Part shown: positions 28,536 through 38,120 of the stretch, piece after piece
Layout of the letters: every line of letters starts with the position of its first letter
Numbering within the stretch: the stretch's first letter is position 1
From: an uncultured Chloroflexia bacterium
GTDB taxonomy: Bacteria; Chloroflexota; Dehalococcoidia; DSTF01; JALHUB01
NCBI GenBank assembly: GCA_963703345.1
Contig: OY969814.1
Location: 288,001 to 352,000, forward strand
Direction: 5' to 3'
Length of the DNA: 64,000 nt
Notes under the pieces: model-generated
The model's database searches: none
Told to the model about the DNA's origin: nothing
Seen by the model: the letters and a program-made list of their open reading frames with translations, nothing else
Position numbers and translations under genes: made by a program

Positions 28536-29540
28536 ATGAGCGCCTGGCGTCGACTCGAATTCGGAATCCTCCTCATGCTGCTGCTGCTGGCGAGCGGCGT
28601 GGCAGGCTACACTTCTATCGAGGGCTGGAACTTCCTCGACGCCCTCTACATGACGGTGATAACCATCACGACGGTCGGCTTCCAGGAAGTGCACCCGCTG
28701 AGCGGGGGCGGCCGCATTTTCACGATGGCGCTGGTCATTCTCGGCGCTGGCACAGCGCTGTATATATTGGTCGGCGTCGTCACGCTGGTGATCGAAGGCG
28801 AGTTGGGCGAGGCCTGGGGAGTACGAAGAATGAAAACGAAGATTCAAGCGTTGCGCAATCACTACATCCTCTGTGGTTTTGGCCGCGTGGGCGAAGAGAT
28901 TGGGCGCGAGTTCAAGGAGCGCGACATCCCGTTCGTGGTCGTCGAGTCTAACCCCGAATCCGTTGAACGCGCCAAGCAGCGCGACTTCTTGCTCATCGAG
29001 GGCGACGCGTCACTCGACGCTGTGCTCGTCGAGGCGGGAATTGAGCACGCCCGTGGCCTGCTCGCCGCCTCCGACTCCGATTCCGGAAATACCTACATCA
29101 CGCTCACCTCGAAGGCGTTGAACCCGCAGGTGCTGGTCGTGTCGCGCGCCGGTCATCCCGCGAACATAGAGCGGATGCGTCGCGCCGGCGCCGACCGCGT
29201 GATCTCTCCCTACCAGATCGGCGGACGACGAATGGCGCTTTCGGCGCTGCAGCCGCTTGTGCTGGACTTCCTCGACACGCTTACGGGCGGCCGGCCTGAT
29301 CAGCGGATAATCGCCGAGTTGATCGCGACGCCGGAGTCATGTCTATCGGGCTGCACCCTGGATGAGGCGGTCGCTGAGCGCGCCAACGCAGTCGTGCTCG
29401 CCGTGCAGAAGCCGGACGGGCAGATCGTCGTCGGGCCGTCCAACAAGACTGTCGTCGAGCGGGACGACCGGCTGATCGTGCTGGGAAGGGAAACCGACAT
29501 AGAATCGCTTGCCGAGCCGCCGGTGCGGCCCCAGCCCTGA
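28536..29540 (+). CDS. Potassium channel with TrkA-N/TrkA-C (RCK) domains
   Basis: DALYM..IT.TTVGF pore, ILCGFGRVG, RAGAD.VISP. Confidence 0.93.
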   Translation: MSAWRRLEFGILLMLLLLASGVAGYTSIEGWNFLDALYMTVITITTVGFQEVHPLSGGGRIFTMALVILGAGTALYILVGVVTLVIEGELGEAWGVRRMKTKIQALRNHYILCGFGRVGEEIGREFKERDIPFVVVESNPESVERAKQRDFLLIEGDASLDAVLVEAGIEHARGLLAASDSDSGNTYITLTSKALNPQVLVVSRAGHPANIERMRRAGADRVISPYQIGGRRMALSALQPLVLDFLDTLTGGRPDQRIIAELIATPESCLSGCTLDEAVAERANAVVLAVQKPDGQIVVGPSNKTVVERDDRLIVLGRETDIESLAEPPVRPQP

Positions 29541-29598
29541 AGCCGCCGTTTGCCCGTAGCCGCCGATAGCGAGAGGATGCGCATCGGAGGCAGCGTCG

Positions 29599-30528
29599 GT
29601 GGCAGCACGCTCCCTGTTCATCGTCAATCCCATCGCCAGAGGCGCGCCGCCTCTTGACGTGCTGCGCCTGGCCGCCGCCTGGCTGGAAGCGGAAGGCTGG
29701 GAGACGGAGTTCGTGTTGACGCAGCGAAAGGGGGAGGCCACAGGGGATGCCCGCCGCGCGTCTGAGTCAGGATGCGAAGTCGTGGTTGCCTGCGGCGGCG
29801 ACGGGACCGTCAACGAGGTCGCGAACGGGCTAGCAGGCAGTGAGACGGCGCTGGCGGTCATTCGCGGCGGCACGGCCAACGTCTGGGCGAAGGAGATCGG
29901 CGTGCCGCGCGATCCGATGTCGGCCGTGCGGCTGCTGACGGAGGGACGCCGGCGACGCGTTGACCTGGGCGTCGTGGAGTCGGCCGCCGGCGAATCGCGC
30001 TTCTTCCTGCTGATGGCGGGCATCGGCCTCGACGGACACGTCGTCGGGCGCGTGCCGGTGAGGCTGAAACGGCGATTCGGTGCCGTCGCCTACCTGGCCT
30101 ACGCTCTGGCCGACGGCCTGCGCTTTCGCCCTCAACCGGCGTCTATGGTCATCGACGGCGAGACCGTGACCGGCGATGTTCTGTGGCTGCTCGCCGGCAA
30201 CACGCGGTCGTACGGCGGACTGCTCAATATCACGCATCACGCCCAAGTCGACGACGGGCTTCTCGATATGTACGCGTTCATGGGCAGGAGCGTGGCGCGG
30301 AAGCTTGGTCTCTCGCTGCGTGTCCTGGCGCATCAGCACGACGGGGCTCCCGGCATCGAATATCGCCGCGGGCGCGAGGTGCGACTTTCCACGCCAGCGC
30401 CCATGGAGTGCCAGGTGGACGGCGAAGTCCTGGGCTTTGCGCCCCAGGTCGTTCGAGTGGCACCGCGGGCGTTGACCGTCGTCGTGCCGGATGTAAAGAA
30501 CGACCTCTTCGTCGGAGACGATGCCTGA
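29599..30528 (+). CDS. Diacylglycerol/lipid kinase family protein
   Basis: IVNP.A, GGDGTVNEVANG, GTAN, DDGLLD, QVDGE. Confidence 0.92.
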   Translation: MAARSLFIVNPIARGAPPLDVLRLAAAWLEAEGWETEFVLTQRKGEATGDARRASESGCEVVVACGGDGTVNEVANGLAGSETALAVIRGGTANVWAKEIGVPRDPMSAVRLLTEGRRRRVDLGVVESAAGESRFFLLMAGIGLDGHVVGRVPVRLKRRFGAVAYLAYALADGLRFRPQPASMVIDGETVTGDVLWLLAGNTRSYGGLLNITHHAQVDDGLLDMYAFMGRSVARKLGLSLRVLAHQHDGAPGIEYRRGREVRLSTPAPMECQVDGEVLGFAPQVVRVAPRALTVVVPDVKNDLFVGDDA

Positions 30529-31695
30529 CTAGGCGGCGAATACCTCTCCCGCCCTGACGGTGAAGACGCGGGCGTCCGGCAAGGCTCCCCGCGCGTACTC
30601 CTCCTCCGCTGAGGTTATCCAGACCTGGTCGAAGCCGGCGACGGCATCCAGCACGCCGCGGCGACGCGTCTCGTCCATCTCGGAAAGGACGTCGTCGAGG
30701 AGTAGGATGGGGCGGTCACCGGTAGAGGCGAGCAAGAAGCGGGCCTCGGCGAGTCGCAGGGCGAGGGCGGCGGTGCGGCGTTGCGCCCGCGAAGCGAAGG
30801 CGGCGGCGGGACGGCCGTCGAGGAGAAACAACAAGTCGTCGCGGTGGGGGCCCCAGAGCGACGCGCCGGCGGCTATCTCCTGCGGCCGCGAGCGGGACAG
30901 CGTATCGATAAACGCGGCGGCAAGCTCGCCTTCACTCTTGTTGAGAAGATCGTCCGCTGTCCAGTTGCGTCGCAAGCGGGGCTCGTAGACGAGGCGCAGC
31001 TCTTCGCGCTCGCCGCTCAGGGCGACGTGCGCTTCGGCGGCCAGAGCGGCCAGGCTGCGGGTCGACTCGGCGCGGGCGCGGACGATGTGGGCGCCGCTTT
31101 CGGCCATGCGCGACTCCCAGAACGAGAGCTCGTCGGCGCGGGCGAGGCCTTCGCGGAGGCGTCGCAGGAGGGCGTTTCGCTGGAGCATGACGCGGGCGTA
31201 TTCCTGGAGGGCGGTCAGGTAGCGGCTGCCGATCTGGGAGAGGGTAATGTCGAGGTAGCGGCGTCGGAGGGCGGGCGGCCCGCCGATGAGGTCGAGGTCC
31301 TGCGGGGTGAAGAAGACGGAGCTTATCTGGCCGACGACCTGCGCAGCGCGTTTGGGGGCGCCGTTGACGCGGAGTCGCTTGCCGGCGCGGGCGCTGCCGG
31401 GGGACGCTGTGTCGTCGGCGCCGCGGATCGCCATCTCGACGCGCACGGGGCCAGCGAGGCGCTCCGCTTCACCGACGACGCGGGCGACCGGGGGGCTTTC
31501 GGCGTCCCAGTTGATGAGGTCGCTGTCGCTGGCCGTCCGCGGCGAGCGCACCGTCGACAGCAGGTGGACGGCTTCGAGGAGGTTCGTCTTGCCCTGGGCG
31601 TTTTCGCCGAGGAAGAGCAGCAGGCCTGCCGGCAGGTCGAGCTCCAGGCGGCGATAGTTGCGGAAGTTGTCGAGAGTCAGGCGGGTAACGCGCAC
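30529..31695 (-). CDS. recF: DNA replication/repair protein RecF
   Basis: NFRNY, GENAQGKTNLLEA, RRRYLD, GPHRDD, LLLDDVLSEMD. Confidence 0.96.
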   Translation of the reverse strand: MRVTRLTLDNFRNYRRLELDLPAGLLLFLGENAQGKTNLLEAVHLLSTVRSPRTASDSDLINWDAESPPVARVVGEAERLAGPVRVEMAIRGADDTASPGSARAGKRLRVNGAPKRAAQVVGQISSVFFTPQDLDLIGGPPALRRRYLDITLSQIGSRYLTALQEYARVMLQRNALLRRLREGLARADELSFWESRMAESGAHIVRARAESTRSLAALAAEAHVALSGEREELRLVYEPRLRRNWTADDLLNKSEGELAAAFIDTLSRSRPQEIAAGASLWGPHRDDLLFLLDGRPAAAFASRAQRRTAALALRLAEARFLLASTGDRPILLLDDVLSEMDETRRRGVLDAVAGFDQVWITSAEEEYARGALPDARVFTVRAGEVFAA

Positions 31696-31749
31696 GGCCT
31701 CAGTCTACGCGAGGGAGCAGCGGCCCGCCAGCAGCACGACCGCGTTGGT

Positions 31750-32643
31750 CTACTGACCTTCCTGGCGACGGCGGCGCTTGAGGAACTCCTCGAGGTCTTT
31801 GATCAGCACTTCGCTGGGCGGCAGCGGGGGCAACTCGGCGTCCTCTTCGGACTCGCCGGCGGCGTCGGCTCGACGCTCCAGCTCCTGCAGGTAGGTCGCC
31901 GCTTCGGGGTTGGTGGCGATGATTGCGCTGACTTGCTGCTCGAAGCGCTGAACCGCGTGGTCGACGTCGTCGAGATCGAGGTCGAGGGAGAAGAGGGCGT
32001 CCAGGGTGACGAGGAGGGCGCGCGCGACCTTAGGGTTCTGGCTGATGCCGAGGTAGTGCGGCACGCTGGCCCAGAGGCTTATCGCGGGAAGGTCGGCCTG
32101 GCGGCAGGCATCGTGGATGACGCCGGGAATGCCAGTGGGGCCCTGGTAGCGCGTCGGGCCGACGCGGAGGGCGCGAAGCCGCTCCAGGAGCAGCGGGTCG
32201 GTGGCGAAGCCGATGAGCGGCACGTCGCGGGTGTGCGGCACGTCGCCGAGCATGGCGCCGAGGGTGACAATCATGCCGACTTCGCATTGTCGCGCCACGT
32301 CCATGATTGCGGCGGTGAAGGCACGCCACTTGAGTTGGGGCTCGATACCGACCAGCACGACGACATCGCGCTCGAGGGCGGGATCGATATGGTAGAAGAA
32401 GGAGTTGCTTGGCCAAGCGAGGCTGCGCTGGTAGTCCGGTCCGACGGAGACGGTGGGCCTTGTGCTCGTGAAGTCGTAGAATTCCTCGGGGTCGATGTCA
32501 GCGAAGCGCTGCGCGGACCACTTTTCGACGAGGAGGCGCGCGGCGGTGGTTGCCGATTCGGCGGCGTCGTTCCAGCCGGCGAAGGCAGCGATCAGCAGCG
32601 GGTTGCGCAGTGACGGTATCTGTTCGATGTGTGTGTGCGCCAT
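31750..32643 (-). CDS. PAC2 family (proteasome assembly chaperone-like) protein
   Basis: AFAGWNDA, D.EEFYDF...RP, G.EP, VPHTR, Y.GPTGI, WASVPHY. Confidence 0.93.
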   Translation of the reverse strand: MAHTHIEQIPSLRNPLLIAAFAGWNDAAESATTAARLLVEKWSAQRFADIDPEEFYDFTSTRPTVSVGPDYQRSLAWPSNSFFYHIDPALERDVVVLVGIEPQLKWRAFTAAIMDVARQCEVGMIVTLGAMLGDVPHTRDVPLIGFATDPLLLERLRALRVGPTRYQGPTGIPGVIHDACRQADLPAISLWASVPHYLGISQNPKVARALLVTLDALFSLDLDLDDVDHAVQRFEQQVSAIIATNPEAATYLQELERRADAAGESEEDAELPPLPPSEVLIKDLEEFLKRRRRQEGQ

Positions 32644-32817
32644 CGGTTCTCAGGCCGTCGCGACCACAGAGGGACGCCGGCGTCCGGTTCGAGTATAGCA
32701 TCATAGGGCTGTCGGCGACCAAAGGTGCCGTTGCGCCGTTGTCGCTTCTCGCAACATTTGCGCTCTCCTTCCCACCCCTCCAGAGGCGGGCAAGCCTCCC
32801 ACCCTAGAAGCGTTCAT

Positions 32818-32898
32818 GGGGACCAAAGGGAACACCCCTTTGGAACCTCCTCCAGAGGCGGACCTTCGGCCGGCAGAGGGATACCCTCTGCACTCCTT
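32818..32898. repeat. Divergent family A element copy
   Basis: CCAAAGGG-AACAC-CCCTTTGG and GCAGAGGG-ATA-CCCTCTGC-ACTCC, same order and orientation as the other copies. Confidence 0.65.
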
Positions 32899-32989
32899 TG
32901 CGAGAAGCGCCGCACGGACGGTGAAGTGGCGACGTATCGCCATTCGGGGGGACGTGGCATAATGGGCGAAACTTTGTCTCCAGGCGGTT

Positions 32990-34363
32990 ATGACGGAGCA
33001 TAACGAGTTCCCGGCGCAGGCCCTGTTCGAGCCCCGGTCTGTCGCCGTGGTGGGCGTGCCGCGCGGCCCGAAGGTGGGCCAGATCTTTCTCCAGGGGTTG
33101 CTGCACCCGGGCTACAAGGGCCCTATTTATCCCGTCAATCCGCACGCCGACGAGGTGCTGGGACTGCGCTGCTATCCGTCGGTTACGGCGCTGCCGGAGA
33201 CGCCGGACTTGGCGATTATCGTCGTGCCCAGCGAGTCGGCCGTCGAGGTCGTGCGTGAGTGCGCCGAGAAGGGCGTAAGAGCGGCGGCGCTGTTTACGGC
33301 CGGCTTCTCGGAGGCGGGAACGGAGGAAGGACAGCAGCGAGAGGCGGAGCTGCTGGCCGCCGCGCGGAGCGGGCCGCAGCCGCTGCGACTTCTCGGGCCG
33401 AACTGTATGTCGGTCTACGTGCCGAAGACACGCCTTTCGATGTTCCCGGGCCTGCCGGCGGAGATCGGCAACATCGCCTTCGTCTCGCAGAGCGGCTCGC
33501 TGTGCACGTTCGTGATCGGCATCGGCTACAATCGAGGCCTGGCCTACAGCAAGGTCGTCAGCATCGGCAATCAAGCCGACCTGTGCGCCGCCGACTTCTT
33601 CGAGTTCTTCGCCGACGACCCGGAGACGACGGTGATAGGCTCCTACCTGGAGGGCGCGAAGGAGGGTCCGCGGCTGTTCCGGGCGCTACAACAAGCGGCG
33701 TCGCGGAAGCCGGTGGTGGTCTGGAAGGCGGGCCGAACGAGCGCCGGCGCGAAGGCCGCGCACTCCCACACCGGCGCGCTTTCCGGCGAATCGCGCGTGT
33801 GGTCGGCGATGCTGCGGCAGGCGGGCGCGCTGGCGACGCATGACCTGGACGAGACGCTAGACCTGCTGGTCGCCGCTCACCTGATACCGCGCGACGGAGG
33901 TCGGCGGGTCGCGATTCTGGCGGGTCCGGGCGGGCCGGCGGTCTCCGCTTCCGACGCCGTCGAAGAGAACGGGCTGGAGCTGGCGCAGCTAACGTCCGGC
34001 ACGCAAGAAGTGCTGCGGGGCATCATCCCCAAGAGCGGCACGAGCGTCCGCAATCCCATCGACATGGGGCTGATGGCGCTGGGCACGGCGGAGATGTACT
34101 ATCGGGCGACGGAGACGGCGGCGGAGGACCCGAACGTTGACGCGATCCTGACGATCGGCGGCTCGACGGGAGTGGGGTCGTTCGATTCGTTTGCGGAAGC
34201 GATGGCGGAGATGGCGCAACGGAGCGGCAAGACGATCATGCAGTCGTCGGTGGGCGGCGAGATGCCGTACGAGCGGGCGTTTGCGGCTCGTGGGGTGCCG
34301 ACGTTCTCGAGTCCGGAACGGGCGCTATGGGCATACGCGCGCGTCACCGGCTACGCTAACTAG
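32990..34363 (+). CDS. CoA-binding acyl-CoA synthetase (NDP-forming) alpha subunit-like protein
   Basis: P.SVAVVG, YPVNP, GF.E, GPNC, SQSG, S.GN.AD, SHTGAL, NP.D. Confidence 0.92.
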   Translation: MTEHNEFPAQALFEPRSVAVVGVPRGPKVGQIFLQGLLHPGYKGPIYPVNPHADEVLGLRCYPSVTALPETPDLAIIVVPSESAVEVVRECAEKGVRAAALFTAGFSEAGTEEGQQREAELLAAARSGPQPLRLLGPNCMSVYVPKTRLSMFPGLPAEIGNIAFVSQSGSLCTFVIGIGYNRGLAYSKVVSIGNQADLCAADFFEFFADDPETTVIGSYLEGAKEGPRLFRALQQAASRKPVVVWKAGRTSAGAKAAHSHTGALSGESRVWSAMLRQAGALATHDLDETLDLLVAAHLIPRDGGRRVAILAGPGGPAVSASDAVEENGLELAQLTSGTQEVLRGIIPKSGTSVRNPIDMGLMALGTAEMYYRATETAAEDPNVDAILTIGGSTGVGSFDSFAEAMAEMAQRSGKTIMQSSVGGEMPYERAFAARGVPTFSSPERALWAYARVTGYAN

Positions 34364-34386
34364 CTTCCACACATCGTAGCGGGCGA

Positions 34387-34974
34387 TCAAGAGGGCTTGG
34401 TCGCGACGCCACAGATGTCCCATAGCGGCAGCCGGTGAAACTCCCCTTCGAATTGTAGGGACGCGGCCGCCAACGCGGCACGCCACTCGTCGGCGCTGAA
34501 CATGTCGTCGCGCTGGTGCGGCAGGAGGCGGTAGACAAGCATCAGGTAGCGGCGCGACGGCTCGGCGAAGCAGAAGCGTCCGCCGGGCTTGAGGACGCGG
34601 GCGACTTCGGGAATGGCGGCCCGCCAGTCGGGAACGTGGTGGAGGACGCCGACGACGAAGACGAGGTCGAACTGGCTGTCGGCGAAGGGCATGTGCGTGG
34701 CGTCGGCGACGAGCGGGGCGATGGGCAGGTCTCCGGTCCTGCGTCGGGTGCGCCGCACCATCGCGGCGTCGAGGTCGAAGGCGGCGACGAGGCGTGGTCG
34801 CGCCTTGCGGGCGAGCCGGGCGCTGAGGATGCCGGGGCCGCAGCCCAGGTCGAGCACCGTCGCCGCGGCGGGCAGTTGCGCCCAGCGCAGGAGAGCGTCG
34901 CTCTCGCCGCGGGCGAGCAGGGCACGGAAGGGGCTCATGACGAGCAGGCTTTCGACCAGGTTCATCTTCGTCAT
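34387..34974 (-). CDS. Class I SAM-dependent methyltransferase
   Basis: VLDLGCGPG, ADA..MPF.D..FD, LHH, RVLKPGG. Confidence 0.92.
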   Translation of the reverse strand: MTKMNLVESLLVMSPFRALLARGESDALLRWAQLPAAATVLDLGCGPGILSARLARKARPRLVAAFDLDAAMVRRTRRRTGDLPIAPLVADATHMPFADSQFDLVFVVGVLHHVPDWRAAIPEVARVLKPGGRFCFAEPSRRYLMLVYRLLPHQRDDMFSADEWRAALAAASLQFEGEFHRLPLWDICGVATKPS

Positions 34975-35124
34975 AGCGGCATTTCTCTCGGACGGGTCCC
35001 GTCGCATTATAGCAGCAGCGCGGAGCGGCAGACGCAGGGGGAAGGATCCCCTTGCCCGTCGCACGGGCGGCAGTGTACGATAGTTCGGCAGGGAAGCAAT
35101 AGGCGTGAGCGAAGGGAATGACAG

Positions 35125-35541
35125 ATGGTGGTCACGAAGCGAATTCATCTGGAGACACGGGGCAACGGCGATACGCAGGACATTACGCAGGCGGTGGCGC
35201 GCGCCGTCGGCGAGTCGGGCGCGAAGTCCGGCGTCGTGACGCTGTTCTGCCCGGGCTCGACGAGCGCGCTGACGACGATCGAGTTCGAGCCGGGCGTCGT
35301 CGCCGATCTGCAGCAGGTGTTCGACGAGGTGGCGCCGCAAGACCGCTACTATCGCCACAACGAGCGCTGGGGCGACGGCAACGGCCACAGCCACGTGCGC
35401 GCGTCGCTGCTGGGGCCGTCGCTGGCGGTGCCGTTCGTAGACGGCGTCTTGACGCTGGGAACGTGGCAGCAGATAGTACATGTAGACTTCGACGTTCGGC
35501 CGCGGCGTCGGGACGTGATCGCGCAGATCGTGGGTGAGTAG
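35125..35541 (+). CDS. yjbQ: YjbQ/UPF0047 secondary thiamine-phosphate synthase
   Basis: DIT..V, T.ALTT.E, Y.H, NGHSH, LGTWQ. Confidence 0.92.
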   Translation: MVVTKRIHLETRGNGDTQDITQAVARAVGESGAKSGVVTLFCPGSTSALTTIEFEPGVVADLQQVFDEVAPQDRYYRHNERWGDGNGHSHVRASLLGPSLAVPFVDGVLTLGTWQQIVHVDFDVRPRRRDVIAQIVGE

Positions 35542-35544
35542 GGC

Positions 35545-36405
35545 GTGAATACCCGCAGGTTGGGTCTGATTGCGACGGCGCTGCTCGGCATTGCCTTCTT
35601 TGCCGGCTGCGACCGGCTTCCCGGCCACTCGACGCCGACGGCTCCGCCTGTCGCGACCGATGCGCCGGCGCCGCCGCCGGAAGATACGCCGGTCCCAACC
35701 AAGGCGCCTGCTCCCTCGACGCAGCTTTCGGCGGGCACGAGCGTCATCGTCGGCGGGCCGGTGCGACTGCGCGGCGATCCTTCGACCGCTAACCCACCAA
35801 CGGGCACCGTGTACGACGGCCAGACGGTCAAGATCGACGCCCTCGTGAAGGGCGAGAACTGGCTCGTCGGCTCACAGACGTGGCTTTCGTCGATCCCCGA
35901 GTGGACGACCGACTGGTATCGCCTCGACGACGGCAGCTACGTCTACGGCGCCTTCGTGTTCACGCTGCTGGCCGACGAGACGTCGCCGACGCGCAGTGCG
36001 GGCGGCGCGGAGAAGTGGATCGACGTGAACCTCACGAACCAGACCGTGACCGCGATGATCGGCGACCAGGCGATACACATCGCGCTGGCGACGTCCGGCA
36101 GCGCGGACTTCCCGACGCCGGCGGGGACGCATCACATCGAGCCGGACGGGCGCGTGGCATCCGTTGACATGACGGCGACGCAGGCGGGCTATTCGCCTTC
36201 GCAGGCGACGTACAATGTCGAGCGCGTTCTCTTCACGCAGTACTTCGACCGCATGGGGAACGCCATCCACCTCAACTACTGGCGGCCGGAGGAGGTCTAC
36301 GGGAACACGCCGACGAGTCACGGCTGCGTCGGGCTGCAGCTCCACGACGCGCAGTACTTCTGGCTGTTCGGAGCGCCAAACATGAGGGTTGAGATACACG
36401 GCTAG
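35545..36405 (+). CDS. L,D-transpeptidase (YkuD) lipoprotein
   Basis: FAGC lipobox, Pro/Thr linker, KWIDV.L..Q, TP.G, AIH, SHGCV. Confidence 0.9.
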   Translation: MNTRRLGLIATALLGIAFFAGCDRLPGHSTPTAPPVATDAPAPPPEDTPVPTKAPAPSTQLSAGTSVIVGGPVRLRGDPSTANPPTGTVYDGQTVKIDALVKGENWLVGSQTWLSSIPEWTTDWYRLDDGSYVYGAFVFTLLADETSPTRSAGGAEKWIDVNLTNQTVTAMIGDQAIHIALATSGSADFPTPAGTHHIEPDGRVASVDMTATQAGYSPSQATYNVERVLFTQYFDRMGNAIHLNYWRPEEVYGNTPTSHGCVGLQLHDAQYFWLFGAPNMRVEIHG

Positions 36406-36472
36406 GCGCCCGCCCAGTCCCTCGAAAGGGATGTTCTTCGTTCCCACCCAGCCCGCCCAGGAAGGTTATCAA

Positions 36473-36532
36473 GAATTGGGGGCACAGCCCCCAAACCCCC
36501 AGTCAGCGGGGCTTCGCCCCTCTGCACTCCCC
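36473..36532. repeat. Divergent family A element copy
   Basis: TTGGGGGC-ACA-GCCCCCAA and GGGGC-TTC-GCCCC-TCTGCACTCCCC. Confidence 0.7.
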
Positions 36533-36595
36533 TTGAACGCCGTTGACTCCTGACGGGAGCGCTCATAGACTCGCGAGCAGGAGGCTAGAGCGAAG

Positions 36596-37456
36596 ATGAC
36601 GCCGCCGGGCGTGGGCGAGAGGGCCGTCGAGGTGGACGGGGTGCGGCTGCACGTGCTGGACTGGGGCGGCGACGGACCGCTCGTTTTCTGCATCCACGCC
36701 AACGGCTACATGGCCGCCATGTGGCATCCCATCGCGTTGGCCCTGACGCCGCAATCGCGTGTAATCGCCGTCGACCTGCCGGGGCACGGCGACAGCGAGC
36801 CGGCGCCGGACTATCGCTGGGACCACCTGTCGGAGTATGTCGCCGGCGTGCTGCGGGCGATCGACCTGGGTCCCGCCGTGCTCGTCGGGCATTCGATCGG
36901 CGGGACGCTGTCGGCGATCTGCGCCGCGCGGCACCCGGAGCTCGTGCTGGCGATGGTGCTGGCGGACGCGGTCATCCTGCCGGAGCCGTTCTACCGGCAT
37001 CCAGAAAGCACGCCTAGCGATCTTTACGGCACGTCGAGGCGGCGTCGCGCCTGGCCGTCGCGGGAGGCGATGCGGGAGTCGCTGGCGTCGAAAGCGACGT
37101 ACGCGCGCTGGCGGCCGGAGATGCTCGACCTTTACGTGCAGGAGGGCGCACGCGAGGTGGATGGGCAAGGAGTCACGCTGAAGTGCGCGCCGGAGACGGA
37201 GGCGGAGGTGTACCGGAACACGCTCACCTACAACTGCTGGCCGGAGATAGCGCACGCCGACGTGCCGGCGATCGTGCTGCGCGGGCTATCGAGCGAAGGG
37301 CTGGCGTCGTTGACGTCGCCGGAGGTGCCGGGCCGGCTGCCGCAGGCGGAGGACCGTCCGCTGGCGGAGGCGAGCCACCTGCTGCCGATGGAGTACCCGG
37401 AGGAGGTAGTCCGGGCCGTCCGCGACCTGCTGGAGACGATCCCTACCGATGCCTGA
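36596..37456 (+). CDS. Alpha/beta hydrolase
   Basis: HANG, DLPGHG.S, GHSIGG, H..PME.P. Confidence 0.92.
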   Translation: MTPPGVGERAVEVDGVRLHVLDWGGDGPLVFCIHANGYMAAMWHPIALALTPQSRVIAVDLPGHGDSEPAPDYRWDHLSEYVAGVLRAIDLGPAVLVGHSIGGTLSAICAARHPELVLAMVLADAVILPEPFYRHPESTPSDLYGTSRRRRAWPSREAMRESLASKATYARWRPEMLDLYVQEGAREVDGQGVTLKCAPETEAEVYRNTLTYNCWPEIAHADVPAIVLRGLSSEGLASLTSPEVPGRLPQAEDRPLAEASHLLPMEYPEEVVRAVRDLLETIPTDA

Positions 37457-37544
37457 GATCCCTTCTCACCCGTTGTGGAGAAGAGTATAATTCGTGAGCG
37501 CGGAGCAGGCATTTGGAGAGCAGCTATCGTATCGGGGGTGTCCT

Positions 37545-37645
37545 CGCCCTTCCTGCGAATTCACGGTTCAAGACGCATAGTAGGGCCGAGTTCGCCTTCA
37601 GGACAACCGGGAAACGGTTGGCCGCTCCCGCAACCGGGCAGGCGT
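37545..37645 (+). ncRNA. Structured leader, Moco/Wco-riboswitch-like (tentative)
   Basis: GCGAATTC/GAGTTCGC stem, AGGA-CAACCG-GGAAA-CGGTTG hairpin, then CTCCCG-loop-GG..AGG; TATAAT at 37486. Confidence 0.35.
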
Positions 37646-37667
37646 GATCCGCACAAAGGAGGCGTCG

Positions 37668-38105
37668 GTGGTTGTTGATTCCGAGTTGAGACTCTCAGGC
37701 GGGCGCGAAATACGAGCTTGGATAGATACTCATGAGCCAACGTTCGTGAGAGAAATAGAAGTTGAGCAGGTGGGAGGCGAACCGCCGCCTGAGCTTCTCG
37801 AGCAGGGGAGGCTGGATTTTGACGAGAGCAATCTCGTCCCGCCTGCTGGTCAGCGCAAGCTTCACGGCGTACAGCACTTCTTTTACGCTGCGGACGGGGC
37901 GCCGCTCTTTCTGTTCGCGCGAGTCTACGATGCAGTAGACGCGGACCACGCTTTGCAGCAGTATCTTCACGCGGAGGCTCCCGAAAGGAGATACGGACGA
38001 GGTGTGGATCACGTATTTGCCAAGCTGTACGATTCGAACTTCTGGTACGAGGATCAGGAGATTCGGGTGTTCCCTTTGTGGGTTGGGTCGGACGTGTTTG
38101 AATGA
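37668..38105 (+). CDS. Hypothetical acidic protein (ORFan-like)
   Basis: AAGGAGG RBS, GTG start, 145 aa; AT-richer codon usage; no motif recognised. Confidence 0.7.
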   Translation: MVVDSELRLSGGREIRAWIDTHEPTFVREIEVEQVGGEPPPELLEQGRLDFDESNLVPPAGQRKLHGVQHFFYAADGAPLFLFARVYDAVDADHALQQYLHAEAPERRYGRGVDHVFAKLYDSNFWYEDQEIRVFPLWVGSDVFE

Positions 38106-38120
38106 ACAGGCGAGCGGTGG

